DNA of 64,000 nt, taken from Felis catus. Its lineage: Eukaryota. The stretch is from the NCBI RefSeq assembly GCF_018350175.1, contig NC_058369.1, positions 157,294,001 to 157,358,000 on the forward strand, given 5' to 3'. The position numbers and the translations under genes were made by a program. This document shows, one piece after another, positions 1 to 11,910 of this stretch (the stretch's first letter is position 1; every line of letters starts with the position of its first letter). The notes beneath the pieces are model-generated. The model made no database searches, was not told where the DNA came from, and was given only the letters and a program-made list of their open reading frames with translations.

Positions 1-251
1 GGTTCCCAGGGAAGGATTACACAGAAAGTAAACTGTGTGTGAGACTTTGCTTATCTGAGAAGTCCTTATTTTTTCCTTGTACTTGAGTGTCCAGATAGGA
101 AGTTTAGGTTAGAGATGATTGTTGCAGTGCCTTCTAGCTTCCAAAATTACCTTTTAAAAGTCTAAAAAATACTCGAATTGCTAATATTTTGAAAGTGGTG
201 TCTTCCTTCCTTCTTGCCCTCCCGAGAAGCTTCTAGGATCTTCTCTTTGTT

Positions 252-470
252 TTGTTTTTATTATTTTTTAAAAATATTTTTAAGTGTATTTTTTTTTTAG
301 TTAGAGAGAGTGAGTGGGAGAGGGACAGAGAGAGAGGGAGAATCCCAAGCAGACTCCACACGGTCAGCGTGGAGCCCACCTTGGAGCTGGAACTCTCAAA
401 CCCACGATATGATGACCTGAGCCGAAACCAAGAGTCGTCCGCTCATCCGACCGAACCTCCCAGGTGCCCC
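252..470 (-). mobile_element. Can-SINE (SINEC)
   Basis: T-tail, (GA)n, tRNA-derived head ending CAGGTGCCCC; TSD-like TCTTCTCTTT on both sides. Confidence 0.85.
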
Positions 471-751
471 AGCTCTTCTCTTTATGTTCGGTCTTCTGAA
501 ACTTTATGGTGACCCAGATACTTGGAGGGCCCTTTTAATAGGAAAGCTTATGTCCTGTAGTTCCGGGAATTTTTCTTCACGGTTATTTTGTTGATGGGGT
601 TTTCCCTTCCATTTATTCTTTCTCTCCATTTGGAATCTCTATTAGTTGGATACTGGGTATCCTGGATTAGCATTCTTTTTGTTTTTCACCTACAGTTTTT
701 TTTTTTTTTTTGGCTCTGCTTTCTAAGATATTTTATAAATTTTATCTTCCA

Positions 752-1015
752 TTTTTTTAAATTTAANNNNNNNNNNNNNNNNNNNNNNNNNNNNNNNNNN
801 NNNNNNNNNNNNNNNNNNNNNNNNNNNNNNNNNNNNNNNNNNNNNNNNNNNNNNNNNNNNNNNNNNNNNNNNNNNNNNNNNNNNNNNNNNNNNNNNTCAG
901 TGCTCAGTGCTCAGTCCTGAGCTGGACACAGAGCTCGATCTCCGGACTGAGAGATCACGGCCTGAGCCGATACTAAGAGTCGGACGCTTAACCGACTGAG
1001 CCACCCAGGTTCCCC
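752..1015 (-). mobile_element. Can-SINE (SINEC), spans assembly gap
   Basis: Head GACTGAGCCACCCAGGTTCCCC; TSD-like TTATCTTC. Confidence 0.8.
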
Positions 1016-1039
1016 TTATCTTCATCTCTTATATTGAGT

Positions 1040-1075
1040 TTTTTAAAAAACTTTTTGAATGTTTATTTATTTATT

Positions 1076-1118
<43 letters not shown>

Positions 1119-1285
1119 GACAGAGTGTGAGTGGGGGAGGGGCAGGGAGAGAGGGGACAGAGGATCTGAAGCGGGCTTTGCACTAACACCAGAGAGCCTG
1201 TTTTGGGGCTTGAACTCAATGAGTCGTGAGATCATGACCTGAGCCGAAGTCAGATGCTTAGCTGACTGAGCCATGCAGGCACCCC
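1040..1285 (-). mobile_element. Can-SINE (SINEC)
   Basis: (GA)n body, tRNA head; TSD ATATTGAGTTTTT. Confidence 0.9.
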
Positions 1286-1752
1286 TCTCATATTGAGTTT
1301 TTAATTTCAGATGTCATGTTTTTTATTTGAGAGAAATTTTAAAAATTAAAAAAATATTTAATATTTCCTTTTAACAACATCTTGTTATATTGTATGGTTG
1401 TGTTGGAGTCTCTGAACTCTCTGAGAATATGGATTTGGGGGAGGAAATTTTTTTTCCTCCATGCATTTATGGTTTTCCCACAAATAGCTTTTCTGTGGCT
1501 TTATTTTTGTGTTATCCCCCACCTTTTCTCAGATACTGCAGACTCAAGCTGAGTGAATGGAAGGGTTGAGTAGAGACTGTGAACTTGTGAATGGGACTTG
1601 TTTGCTCCAGGCTTCACTGTAGAGTGAGTGGCTGGGCTAATTATTTGAGGAATCTCTGATTATCAGTGTCTTTAGATCTCCTCTTGGAATGCTTGGATTC
1701 TTAGAAAAGTCTGCACTCATTTCGTGCCTGGAATCAGAAGGCCCGGGTGGTG

Positions 1753-1788
1753 GTGTTCTGGAAGCCAAGGGTGTTCTGGAAGCCAAGG
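1753..1788. repeat. 18-bp perfect tandem duplication GTGTTCTGGAAGCCAAGG x2
   Basis: Seen directly at 1753-1770 and 1771-1788. Confidence 0.9.
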
Positions 1789-2343
1789 GATGTTTGTTTA
1801 GCTGATGGTGTCTGTTTTCAGTGCACCCTTGCCTCAGATGTGTTTGGTGTTCACCCAGAAGATCCTGTTTTGTCCTTTCTGGAGAATAACCTCCAGTCTT
1901 TCCCTAGGGCTGGGGAGGAGTGGTTGCCCAGTTATGCAAAAGGGGAGAAGTGATCTGGGAATCTGAATCTTAAACTGACTTACAACCAGTGCTTAGCAGT
2001 TTTTCTCCAAAGGCACCTGGTACTGAAAATCCTGAGTAAAAGTCAGGTTAGTTCTTGACTTTTCCTTCTGTTTACATAGGATTTGGTTTTCTCAGATCTG
2101 CTACGTTTTTGGCTACTCCTCCATCTACTTTCCAGTGTTGTTTTTTTTTTTTTTCCTCCCCTCATTGTGTTAATATAGATTGAAGACTTGAAAAGTAGTT
2201 TCTCAAAATCTCTGTACAGTCAATTTAGAAGAGTTTTGGGGAGGGGTGAAAGAAGATGCAGGGATTTAAAGTCTTTTCCTCTTGATGACTTTTGATCTAG
2301 GACATCAGCTCCAAATTTGATTTTTGTAGTGGAGTCCCATCTT

Positions 2344-2517
2344 ATTATTTTTTTAAGTTTATTTATTTTGAGAGAGAGAGAACCAGTGGGGAAGGGGCGG
2401 ATAGAGGGGTGGGGCACAGAGGATCCAAAGCAGGTTCTGTGCTGACAGCAGCAAGCCAGAAAATCATGACCTGAGTCGAAGTCTGATGCTTAACTGGCTG
2501 AGCCACCCGGGCACCCC
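2344..2517 (-). mobile_element. Can-SINE (SINEC), internally deleted
   Basis: T-tail, (GA)n, head CTGAGCCACCCGGGCACCCC. Confidence 0.85.
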
Positions 2518-2550
2518 TGGAGGCCTGTCTTTAACTGAGATCTCACACAG

Positions 2551-2554
<4 letters not shown>

Positions 2555-2583
<29 letters not shown>
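2555..2583. repeat. (TG)n microsatellite
   Basis: Seen directly. Confidence 0.95.
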
Positions 2584-2587
<4 letters not shown>

Positions 2588-2931
2588 ACATATATGAACT
2601 AGATATAGGCAAAGATGCTCTGTTGGAAGTGGAGGTGAGAGCCTGTGGCTGCACTTCTCAGTTCTCATCTTGCCCCTTCTCTACCATGAGAACACCCTGC
2701 AAGGCATGGTTTGTAAACCTGTGATTGAGGAATTGAGGATGATCTATCCCTCTAGCAGATGTTGGACATTTGAGTGAAGTTTATGGCATTATGGAAGGAG
2801 CATTGATTTATCCCTTTAGAGATTAATTTTATTGCTCCTCTTTGCTCAAATGGTGCATGTCAGAGAAAAAAAAGACTATTCTAAGATTTTTTGAACTTGA
2901 ATAAAATTGGACTCTGAACCTCCTTGCAGGC

Positions 2932-2996
2932 TTTTTTTTTTTTTTAATGTTTATTTATTTTTGAAGGAGAGAGAGACAGAGTGTGAGTGGGGGAGG

Positions 2997-3037
<41 letters not shown>

Positions 3038-3177
3038 GGAGAGAAAGACAGAATCCGAAGCAGGCTCCAGGCTCTGAGCTGTCAGCACAGAGCCTGACGC
3101 GGGGCTCGAACTCACCGCGAGATCATGACCTGAGCCGAAGCCGGATGCTCAACCGACTGAGCCACCCAGGTGCCCCC
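2932..3177 (-). mobile_element. Can-SINE (SINEC)
   Basis: Poly-T, long (GA)n, canonical body and head. Confidence 0.92.
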
Positions 3178-4887
3178 AAGGTGAACTTTTTTATGAAAAT
3201 AGCTTTAAAATGCTATTTTTTTTTGTTATCTGAGGAAAGTGCATAAATTTACCTGAAAATTAAGCAATATTTAATTGTGTTTTCACATTTTGATAATTGA
3301 AGATGTAAGCTCTCAGATTTACTTTTAGAAAGCTAAGATTCTGCTTTACACTGGATTGCCACTAGATTCAATGTTTCACTGAAGAATATTTACCTGACTG
3401 AATGAGTGAGAAGGGGCCTGTGGGGCCAGAAAACTATTGGGAGTTTATTATGCATGGAAATCATGATTAAATTCGTGCATGATTTATCTTTGTGTTTATG
3501 CACAGTCTAGCCTTTAAAAACATTGTTATTTCCTTCCTGCTCCACCTTTCCCTGGCACGGGCCATGAATTACCTGTCGAAACCATGGAAGAATCTGGAAG
3601 TATTTGCATACCGCAGGTCACTCAAAGGTCCAGTGGGGAATGGACACCAAGATTTACAAATGCTGTTAAATGAAATATGTATTTTCACATGTCAGTAAGG
3701 TGACGCAGTGCATTTTTTAACATAATAAGAAAAAATAAAAAAAAACCCTCCCTAATGAACAGAAGCCAAAACAATCCTCTACTAGTGTCGAGTCAAAATG
3801 AAGGAAGTGGAAATAGGTCTCTTCAAAATCGTCCTGCCATTATGTGTTGACACCAGCATAATTTCACAGGGGACTCAGGCGTCATGCTAAAGTTTTTTTG
3901 CCAATTGTGCCACAGAAAAGGATTCATCAGTTTTATTTTCAGGCAAGAGACACCTTTAGAAAACAGAAACGTGATCCAAACTGGTGAGAAACACCTCGTA
4001 TTTCGACTGGGGTTGCACATCGGAAAGACTCTCAAAAACAATGAAAAGAGTTGTTTTGCTGTGGCCTCCTTTGGAGGCCGACTCTGCATGGGACGCAGGA
4101 CCTCTCTAGGATGCATCTTGTGGAGCCCTGAGAGGTGGATGAAGGGGTGCCGGTGGAAGGAAGGGCACCCTCTCCACCTGCTTGCAGAGGAGTGTGGAAA
4201 CGAGAGAACGTCACCTTGTAGCGCCATCAACCGTAGAAAGGGAAGCGTCCTGAGAAAAACCAGTTCTGGCAAAGGATCTGCTTTGATGACTGGGGAAGTC
4301 CTGAGGTTGACTGTGAGCGCGCCGGGGACACTCGGTTACATGTGATCCCAGGAGGGCGTGTGTGCCATGGCCTCAACTTGCTTCTTGATGACATCATGAA
4401 GCCGGCCTTTCACCAGAGGATTCCAAGAAGAGCCACAATATTGTGAAACGTGCAGGAGCCATTCAGGGCTGCCGTCTTCAAGGAGAAGCCTGGGGAAAAA
4501 CACACAAAGAACTAAATCAAGTCGCTGAAGCCGTGTTGCACAACCATTGATCAGAGTGGATTATCTGTTCTCTGGTGATATTTTGAGAAAATGGAAGCAG
4601 CCCTTCAAGTAAATGACATACTTGAGACGGAGCCAAACCTCTTTTCCCTGAGGTCTCTGTAAATGTTTATCTTCGCTGTTACTGTCTTTCATCTTTCACA
4701 GTAGACCTCTCACTGTGGAGTCTTGAAGTGAGACCATGTCAATTGTGAGTGGCCTTGGGGAGGACCATGGCTCCAGGACCTTTGATATTGGAAGGGGAGA
4801 CTCCTTTCCCTCTTCCTCTACTTGCACCTCTGCTTCCTTCTACCCTCCTCTCTCTTCCTTCTTTCCCCTTGGCTCTTTTCTTTTTTC

Positions 4888-5104
4888 TTTAAAAAAAAAA
4901 CCTTTTTTAAATGTTTATTTATTATTGAGAGACAGAGACAGAACATGAGCATGGGAGGGCAGAGAGAGGGAGAGACACAGAATCCAAAGCAGGCTTCAGG
5001 CTCTGAGCTGTCAGCACAGAGCCCGACACGGGGCTCGAACTCACCGTGAGATCATGACCTGAACCAAAGCCGGACACGTAACCAACTGAGCCACCCAGGC
5101 ACCC
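4888..5104 (-). mobile_element. Can-SINE (SINEC)
   Basis: Canonical body; TSD CCCTTGGCTCTTTTCTTTTT. Confidence 0.92.
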
Positions 5105-5944
5105 TCCCTCCCTTGGCTCTTTTCTTTTTCATGTTCCTAAGCATTCTTGCCCCTTTAAAACCCACTTTAGTTGGTTTCTTCTTCATTGCTCCCTGATCTG
5201 AACCAGTGTCCCTGTGTGGTTGGTGGTGGAGACAAAATGTAATGTGTGCAACCACCTTGTAAATGGCAAGGTGTTCCTAACAGGTTGCTTGTTATTCTCT
5301 TATTGTCCCCTCCCCACCAAATCCCCACCCAGTGGGCTCATTCTGAGCTCCTTTTGTCATCCGGACTCTTGCTTCCCTGCCTCCTGTTGTGTCTGTTCAG
5401 GATCTGCTCTCCCAGTTTCCCTTCTCTTTCTCTTCTTCTCACGACCCATACCTTCTTTTCTCATTTCCTCACCGCCTTCTTAGGAAAGAGTTAATTTTGG
5501 TTTGCCGAGCACATTGAAGCTAAGGCATTAATGGCTAACAGATTTGATGCTAACATGTTGGGGAAGGTCACGTTTTAACTGGAGACTCCTCAAACTTCAA
5601 AATAGAGCCTCCAGTGAAATTTTAGGCAGCATGAGCAGTCAGTGGAGGAGAAAATGAGCCTTTTCCTGGTGCTTGTGCGTATGAAGAACTTCTTACTCCA
5701 CCCATTCAAGAGTTGGGCCTTAATGTAATGTGTACAGGCTACTGAATAAAATACCAAACAGGGACATGAAGGGTCCAGGAAGTTTTGGTTGGGGGAGCCA
5801 AACAAGGATTAGAGCATCTTTTAAGGAAAAGTTAGGAAAGAAACAGTATGGTTAAGAAATAAAGTACAAAGTATGAGTATTTTCAATCACCCCTGGAGCC
5901 TCTCTTCTGTTAATAGCTCCCTGCCTTGGACTCTGGTAAGGAAC

Positions 5945-6004
5945 AGGCAAATACAGGTTAGGCAAATAGACACAGGGAGTCATTGAGCTGGGAGTGATTC
6001 GCAT
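5945..6004 (+). promoter_or_regulatory. Candidate TAS2R62 upstream module: AGGCAAAT x2, TGAGC, variant octamer ATTCGCAT
   Basis: Same motif order and nearly the same spacing to the TM1 Asn codon (264 bp) as upstream of TAS2R60 and TAS2R41. Confidence 0.45.
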
Positions 6005-6194
6005 GCCAAGAGAGAGATCACAGGGATCCTCTTTTCAAATCCTGGGGGACTGGAGGTGTTTGCTGGCAGGTAGGCTTTTGCATGAATCCAAGGAGAGAGC
6101 TCTCTGGATCCCTGGTCTCAATAGGGTGGCTTGGTCAGAGAAGCCGTTTTTCCCTGTGGATGCGTCCCAGTTTGATCAGAACCTCCTGGAGAGG

Positions 6195-7120
6195 ATGCCC
6201 TCACCTGCATTGATCTTCATGGTCATCTTCTTCCTGGAGTCACTGGCTGCAATGTTGCGGAATGGCTTCGTGGTTACTGTGCTGGGCAGGGAGTGGGTGC
6301 GATGCCGGATGCTGCCCGCGAGTGGCATGATTGTGGCCTCCTTGGCCGCCTCCCGGTTCTGCCTGCATGGGTGGCCATCCTGAACAACCTCTTCACCTTC
6401 TTTGATTTTCGTTCCATAATGGACTATTTCAGCATCCTCTGGAGCTTCTTCAAGACTCTGTCTTCCTGGCTCACCGCCTGGCTTGCTGTCTTCTACTGTG
6501 TGAAGACCGCCATCTTCTCCCACCCTGTCTTCTCCTGGCTAAGGTGGAGGATTTCTCAGTCAGTGCCCAGGCTGCTGCTGGGCTCCCTGCTCATGGCTGG
6601 TCTGGTGGTCGTCTCATCAACCATTGGGACTATATTTCCTGTGCAGGTGACTGCCTCCCAGAATTCCCAAGGAAACAGGACCCTGGCTGATAGACTACAG
6701 AGCTATTGGCACTTTTTTCATCCTCATGCAATGCTTATGTGGTTGATCCCGTTCCTTCTGTTCTTGGTGTCCATGCTTTTGCTCATGTGCTCCCTGCACC
6801 GGCACTTGGGGCAGATGAGGGATCATAGACTGGGTCCATGTGATCCCAGCACCCAGGCTCACATCATGGCCCTGAAGTCACTTGCCTTCTTCCTTGTCTT
6901 CTATACATCATATTTTCTGTCCCTGATTGTCATTACTATGAAAATAGCAACCTTCCAGGGTCACTGGCGCTGGGCCTGGGAAGTGGTGACCTACACAGGT
7001 ATCTGTCTGCACTCCAGCATCCTGATGCTAAGCAGCCCCAAGCTGAGAAAGGCCCTGAGGACCAGGCTTTGGAGAGCTCTGGAAAAAGGCGGGTTTATCT
7101 CAAGTTATCAGTATCAATAA
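6195..7120 (+). pseudogene. TAS2R62: Bitter taste receptor TAS2R62-like (Tas2r143/134 clade), disrupted by a single 1-bp deletion
   Basis: [25 protein letters not shown]...[10 protein letters not shown] (frame from 6195) joins VAILNN...WLAVFYCVK...HPVFSWLRWRI...DPSTQAHIMALKSL...HSSILMLSSPKLRKAL (ORF 6293-7120) if one G is restored at 6369-6371, giving a 308-aa intronless TAS2R; position upstream of TAS2R60 matches human TAS2R62P. Confidence 0.88.
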
Positions 7121-8701
7121 CCACTACCAGTGGACAAGCCTGTAAGTGGCTAGAACCCCCAAAGTTTGGGCACTGTCCTTCTCTCTTTTCATTTCCTTCT
7201 TTCTTTCCTGTTCCTTCCATGCTGCATTAGCTTTTTTTGTACCCTGTTTTGTTCCTGCACTGCTCCAGGTCCCCAGTTTGGGTCCCAAACCACTGTGGGC
7301 TGGGATGGTGGCCTCATTGCCTCACAGACCTCTCGTACCTTCTGTATGAGCAGCCATAACAGATTTTTCCAAGCATCATTTTGGTCTGTACCTCTTTACA
7401 GAGACCTGTAATGGTTGTTGGTTATCTCTGTGGTCAACCTGAAGTGTTTTTTAATGGTGGCATAGATTGTCCCACACCATCCCACACACCACTGCCCTCC
7501 TTATTACTGCTCTGCTGTCAGCTCGGTCTCTCCACTCCAGCCCAGTAATTTGGCCCATCTGGAACTTCCTTCTTTCCTTTGTCTGCCATTCTTGGCCATT
7601 CCCTTCTTTTGTGCCCTGCTTATGACTGATTCCACCCAGCTTTTTCAATGTGGTCCCATGAAAGGCTGAGGGTGTATATGAGTTTTGTGCCATTCTAGGC
7701 CCTGCCCATGATTTTGTGTGTTTGCTAAATGTTGAATTAAAAGGAATTGTCTGATGTGGAAATGCTTTTAGGTTTTGGCCAACTGAAGACAGAGAAGGAA
7801 AACAAAATAAATTTGCTGTAGTTCTTAATTTTGATAATCCTGCCTTTCCTCTCTCTTCACCCTGGAGGTGGGTCCTGAATGCCAGTGCCTAGCATGGTAG
7901 TCTCCACATTGGGTGTTTGCCTCTCTGAGTTGTGTGCACAATGATCCACTGAATGTGCAGAGAAAAGTGGGGCAACTCTAATTTGCATTTACTTTTATTT
8001 CATCCTTTTAGTTCCTGTTTTTTTGTATGTGTATATTTTATGATATACAGAATGTATTAGTAAAGTAGTACATGCAAGTAATTAAATGAAGGCACATATG
8101 CTTGGATGCATGCTCATAAAGTTTTTTTTGGCTGATGGAATTTGCTTTAGAAATGTATGGAGACCAAAAAACTAGAAAAGGGTTGGGTAGGGGCAGTGAA
8201 GGCAAGAGCATCAGGGGTGTCTGTCTCTGCCATCCCTTCTACTCATCTGGAAGCATCTGGAAGACTGCCTTTCCCCGTGCAGAGTTCCAGAACTTTACTG
8301 AAGTCTTGGGTGGGGAGGGAATGGTGGTGCAACTCCTATGTCCCGTAACATGTTCACAGCCCTTTGAGTTAGGCCAGGTCTCGTGGGCTTATCTCAGGAC
8401 TTCTTGATTGGTTGATGTTCTTAATCTCCCTCTCCTAGCTTTTAGCTCTGAAGAGTCCCCCAAACACTTGGTGGCTCCCATCTTGACCAAAAACACAACC
8501 CAGTAGCTCATCCTGACTTTTGAGGGTTTCTGTGAACTCTTCCCGGCCTGCCTTTTCATCCTGGTAGGCCACCATTCCCTTAGCCATAGTCAGACTTACC
8601 AGATTATTCCTGAGACATAACGGTAGCTCTACCTCCTTCACTGAGTCGCATCTCCTTTACAACATATGAGACGGCGTCTTTGTTGTCCCGCAGTGAAGCC
8701 T

Positions 8702-8722
8702 CTGCTGCTGCTGCTGCTGCTG
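8702..8722. repeat. (CTG)7 trinucleotide repeat
   Basis: Seen directly. Confidence 0.95.
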
Positions 8723-10162
8723 AGCTCTTCGAATTCTTGGGGTGGGAATAGGAGGCCGTGTAACATTTCCAACTGCAGCCTGGGAATCCTCCCTTTTCAT
8801 CCCTGTCAGAGAGAGTCCTGAGGTACGTGTTTCCCACGTAGAGAATGTACTCGGGATTCCTGCCCGTACCACCCCCATGATGACACACAAAAAGACCAGC
8901 TGTGAAAACTTGCAAATTCTCAGATTTGGCTTCCACCTTAGAAGATAAATTTGAATGTGGGAAAATAAATTGCAACGAATGAAACCAAAAAGCACAAACA
9001 ACAAAAGAATCACCATAAAACACTTTGCATATTTATATACAAACAATTATTTACCCATTTGGATTAACTTAATCTGCAATAAGATGTGGCCAGTTAGTGT
9101 TGTGGTTGATGACTGGTACGTGAAAACACTTTGAGGGCAGGTGCCTAGTTTACTGTTGTGGCTCCAGTGCCTTTCACAGGGTCCTTATGACATAGGAGAT
9201 GCCTCATGAATTGTTGTCAAGTGAATTGAAGGTTAGCACACGTCCTTCCCATAGTATAAGCTATCGAAGATGGAGGTGGTGGGTGGGAAGGATGAGATTC
9301 CATACTGAGAGGTTTGTGGCTGGCCAGACTCTGGAGCTGTGAACTCAAAGTTTGCCCCATTGCTCCAAGGTCCAATAGGCAATGGCCAAATGTCAGCCAG
9401 GGGAATAAGGCTAACGAAGAGAGCAGGTGGGAATTTTATCTCCTGAACATTTGCATCTTCACAGAAGGGCAGGGTGAACAAAATACCTTAGTTCCCCATC
9501 TCCTTTTTCCGGGAACCTAGTATTCACCATAGCAAGGGCTCTGTGTTGGAAGGACATTTCCACCTGTGTCTTTGTCCCAGGTGGACTGGAAAGTGGAAAG
9601 AGATGTGTTTTCTGCATTCTAGTCTCCCTTTGTAGGGTTCTGTGCATGGAACTGGGAGGACATGGTGCTGGCCAGAAGAGGGGTGCACTATAAAATACTC
9701 CCTCAGGCTCATGTTACTTGACCCTGAGCCTTCAATACATACTGCCATATACGACCCCAAACTATTTCTGCTTGCCTGTCTCCCTGTAGACACATTAATC
9801 AGCTAAAATTCACCTGGATAAGTAACTACTCCCTTAATTGCTGGGTGTTTTTTGTTTGTTTGTTTTGTTTTGTTTTGTTTTTTTATTTTTTTACTCTTTG
9901 AAATCATTCCTATGAAAAATATAATCTTTGCTTATTCTGCCTTCCTCTGGCCAAAGTAGATGGTCCAAGATTTGGTGCTCTGACCTCTGCTGCATCCCTG
10001 ATGCTCTCCTGACCTCTCCTTGGACTACTTGTCCCTCCACAGGATGGATGGAATGACAGGTAGTTATTGTAATAACAGTTGTCATCATCACCCTAATTCT
10101 GTCTTGTGCTGGTGCAGATTTATAGTAGAGAGATATATCCACATGTATTTGTGGTCCATATA

Positions 10163-10388
10163 TTTTTTTTTAAATTTTTTTTCAACGTTTTTTATTTATT
10201 TTTGGGACAGAGAGAGACAGAGCATGAACGGGGGAGGGGCAGAGAGAGAGGGAGACACAGAATCGGAAACAGGCTCCAGGCTCCGAGCCATCAGCCCAGA
10301 GCCTGACGCAGGGCTCGAACTCACGGACTGCGAGATCGTGACCTGGCTGAAGTCGGACGCCTAACCGACTGCGCCACCCAGGCGCCCC
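10163..10388 (-). mobile_element. Young felid SINE (SINEC_Fc type)
   Basis: CpG-intact head CCGACTGCGCCACCCAGGCGCCCC; TSD TGGTCCAT(A/G)TATTTT; near-identical to copies at 21972, 39076 and 52036. Confidence 0.95.
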
Positions 10389-10748
10389 TGGTCCATGTAT
10401 TTTATAGGTGAAGAAAGAGGGCTTCAGAAATGTTAAATGACTAGACTGAAGAGCCACAGATAGTGATTGTGACAAGACTCAAAATCTGGTCTCTGACTTC
10501 AGCTGGGGATGAAGGAGACCAAAGTCAAGAATGTGTTCTAACTGTGGCAGAGATCTCTGGTCTTAGAATCAGCTTGGGTCTCTGTCTTTCCTCCATGTAA
10601 CTATGACCTTAGCTGAGACTCTTAATCTATACTTTGAGGCCTCATTTCTTTCTTGTACAAAATTATTTTTATGTTTTCTTTCACTCTAAAAACTGAGATT
10701 CTAGTCATAGATTCTTGTTCAATCTTGAGTTAGAACAGATGATACTTC

Positions 10749-11325
10749 TGGCTCCTGGGTGGTTCAGTCGGTTAAGTGTCCAACTTTGGCTCAGGTCACG
10801 ATCTTGCGGTTTGTGGGTTTGAGCCCCGTGTCAGGCTCTGTGCTGACAGCTCAGAGCATAGAGCCTGCTTTGGATTCTGTGTCTCCCTCTGTCTCTGCCC
10901 CTCCCCCACTCATTCTCTGTCTCTGTCTCTCAAAAATGAATAAAAACATTAAAAAATTAAAAAAAAAAGAACAGATGATACGTGGGGCGCCTGGCTGGCT
11001 CAGTTGGAAGAGCGTGCAACTCTTGATCTTGGGGTCATGTGTTTGAGCCCCATGTTGGGTGTAGAGCTTTACTTTAAAAAAAAACAAAAAAGGGGCGCCT
11101 GGGTGGCTTGGTCAGTTAAGCATCCGACTTCGGCTAAGGTCATGATCTCACGGTCCCATGAGTTCGAGCCCTGCCTTGGGCTCTGTACTGATAGCTCAGA
11201 GCCTGGAGCCTGTTTCAGATTCGGTGTCTCCCTCTCTCTCTGCTCCTCCCCTGTTCATGCTCTGTCTCTCTCTGTCTCAAAAATAAATAAACGTTAAAAA
11301 AAATTAAAAAAAAAAACAAAAAAAA
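10749..11325 (+). mobile_element. Stack of three Can-SINEs (10749-10967, 10984-~11090, 11092-11325)
   Basis: Three tRNA heads; target motif AGAA(C/T)AGATGA(T/C)AC at 10732, 10968 and 11326. Confidence 0.9.
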
Positions 11326-11910
11326 AGAATAGATGACACTTTTTGCATCTTACAGATGGTGAAATTGAGGCTCAGAGGGGTTAACACCATACTCAGTAAC
11401 TCATGTTGGGGTGGGGGGGCTTGGACCAGTTCCTGCCTTGGTGCCTTATCCAGGATTCTTTCTGCCACATCCCATTGGTTTCATTGCTATCCTGGTAGGG
11501 GTTCTCTCATGAAATGCCACTTTAAAGGTCACATTATAAAATGTCGTAACAAAAAAGTCACCTGCCTGATAGTATATAATTGTCTCCTTTGTTCTTTTTG
11601 ATGCTGGTGTTCACCACAAGTTCTAGGACTTGGACCTCTTTTGGTAGAGGTTTAGCTCATTTTTTGGTCTGTCGGGAGGGTATTCCAAAAGCACCTACTT
11701 CATAGGGTCACAGTGGGAACTAGCACGATGGAAAACATTTAGAAAAATGCCTGGAATGAACAGCCAGTTGATGGATGTGAGCTCTGATGGTCGTTAGGTG
11801 TTAGCTTAGAGAAGTAGAACTTTCTGTGTAAGGGATGCTAAATGCAAGTGCCTGCCTGATATAGTGTTCATGCCAGTGTTGACATGGGCAGGAGTGGGTA
11901 GAGGAGGGGC

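Larger units (their letters stand above)
1..2200 (-). mobile_element. Highly decayed ancient LINE-1-like (L1M/HAL1-type) sequence interrupted by SINEs
   Basis: T-rich antisense-L1-like composition with no intact ORF; subfamily not determinable by eye. Confidence 0.35.

Noticed and set aside
3823-4345. Overlapping 149-aa and 153-aa ORFs on opposite strands
   Set aside because: No recognisable domain or motif; lengths are compatible with chance in GC-balanced DNA
6293-7120. 275-aa ORF as an intact TAS2R CDS
   Set aside because: Non-ATG start and out-of-frame N-terminus; it is the post-frameshift part of TAS2R62
10020-11297. Recurrent peptides such as MAQSVKRPTSAQVMIS / GAPGWRSRL across the window
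   Set aside because: Translations of Can-SINE consensus sequence, not a gene family; SINE heads are tRNA-derived but are not tRNA genes
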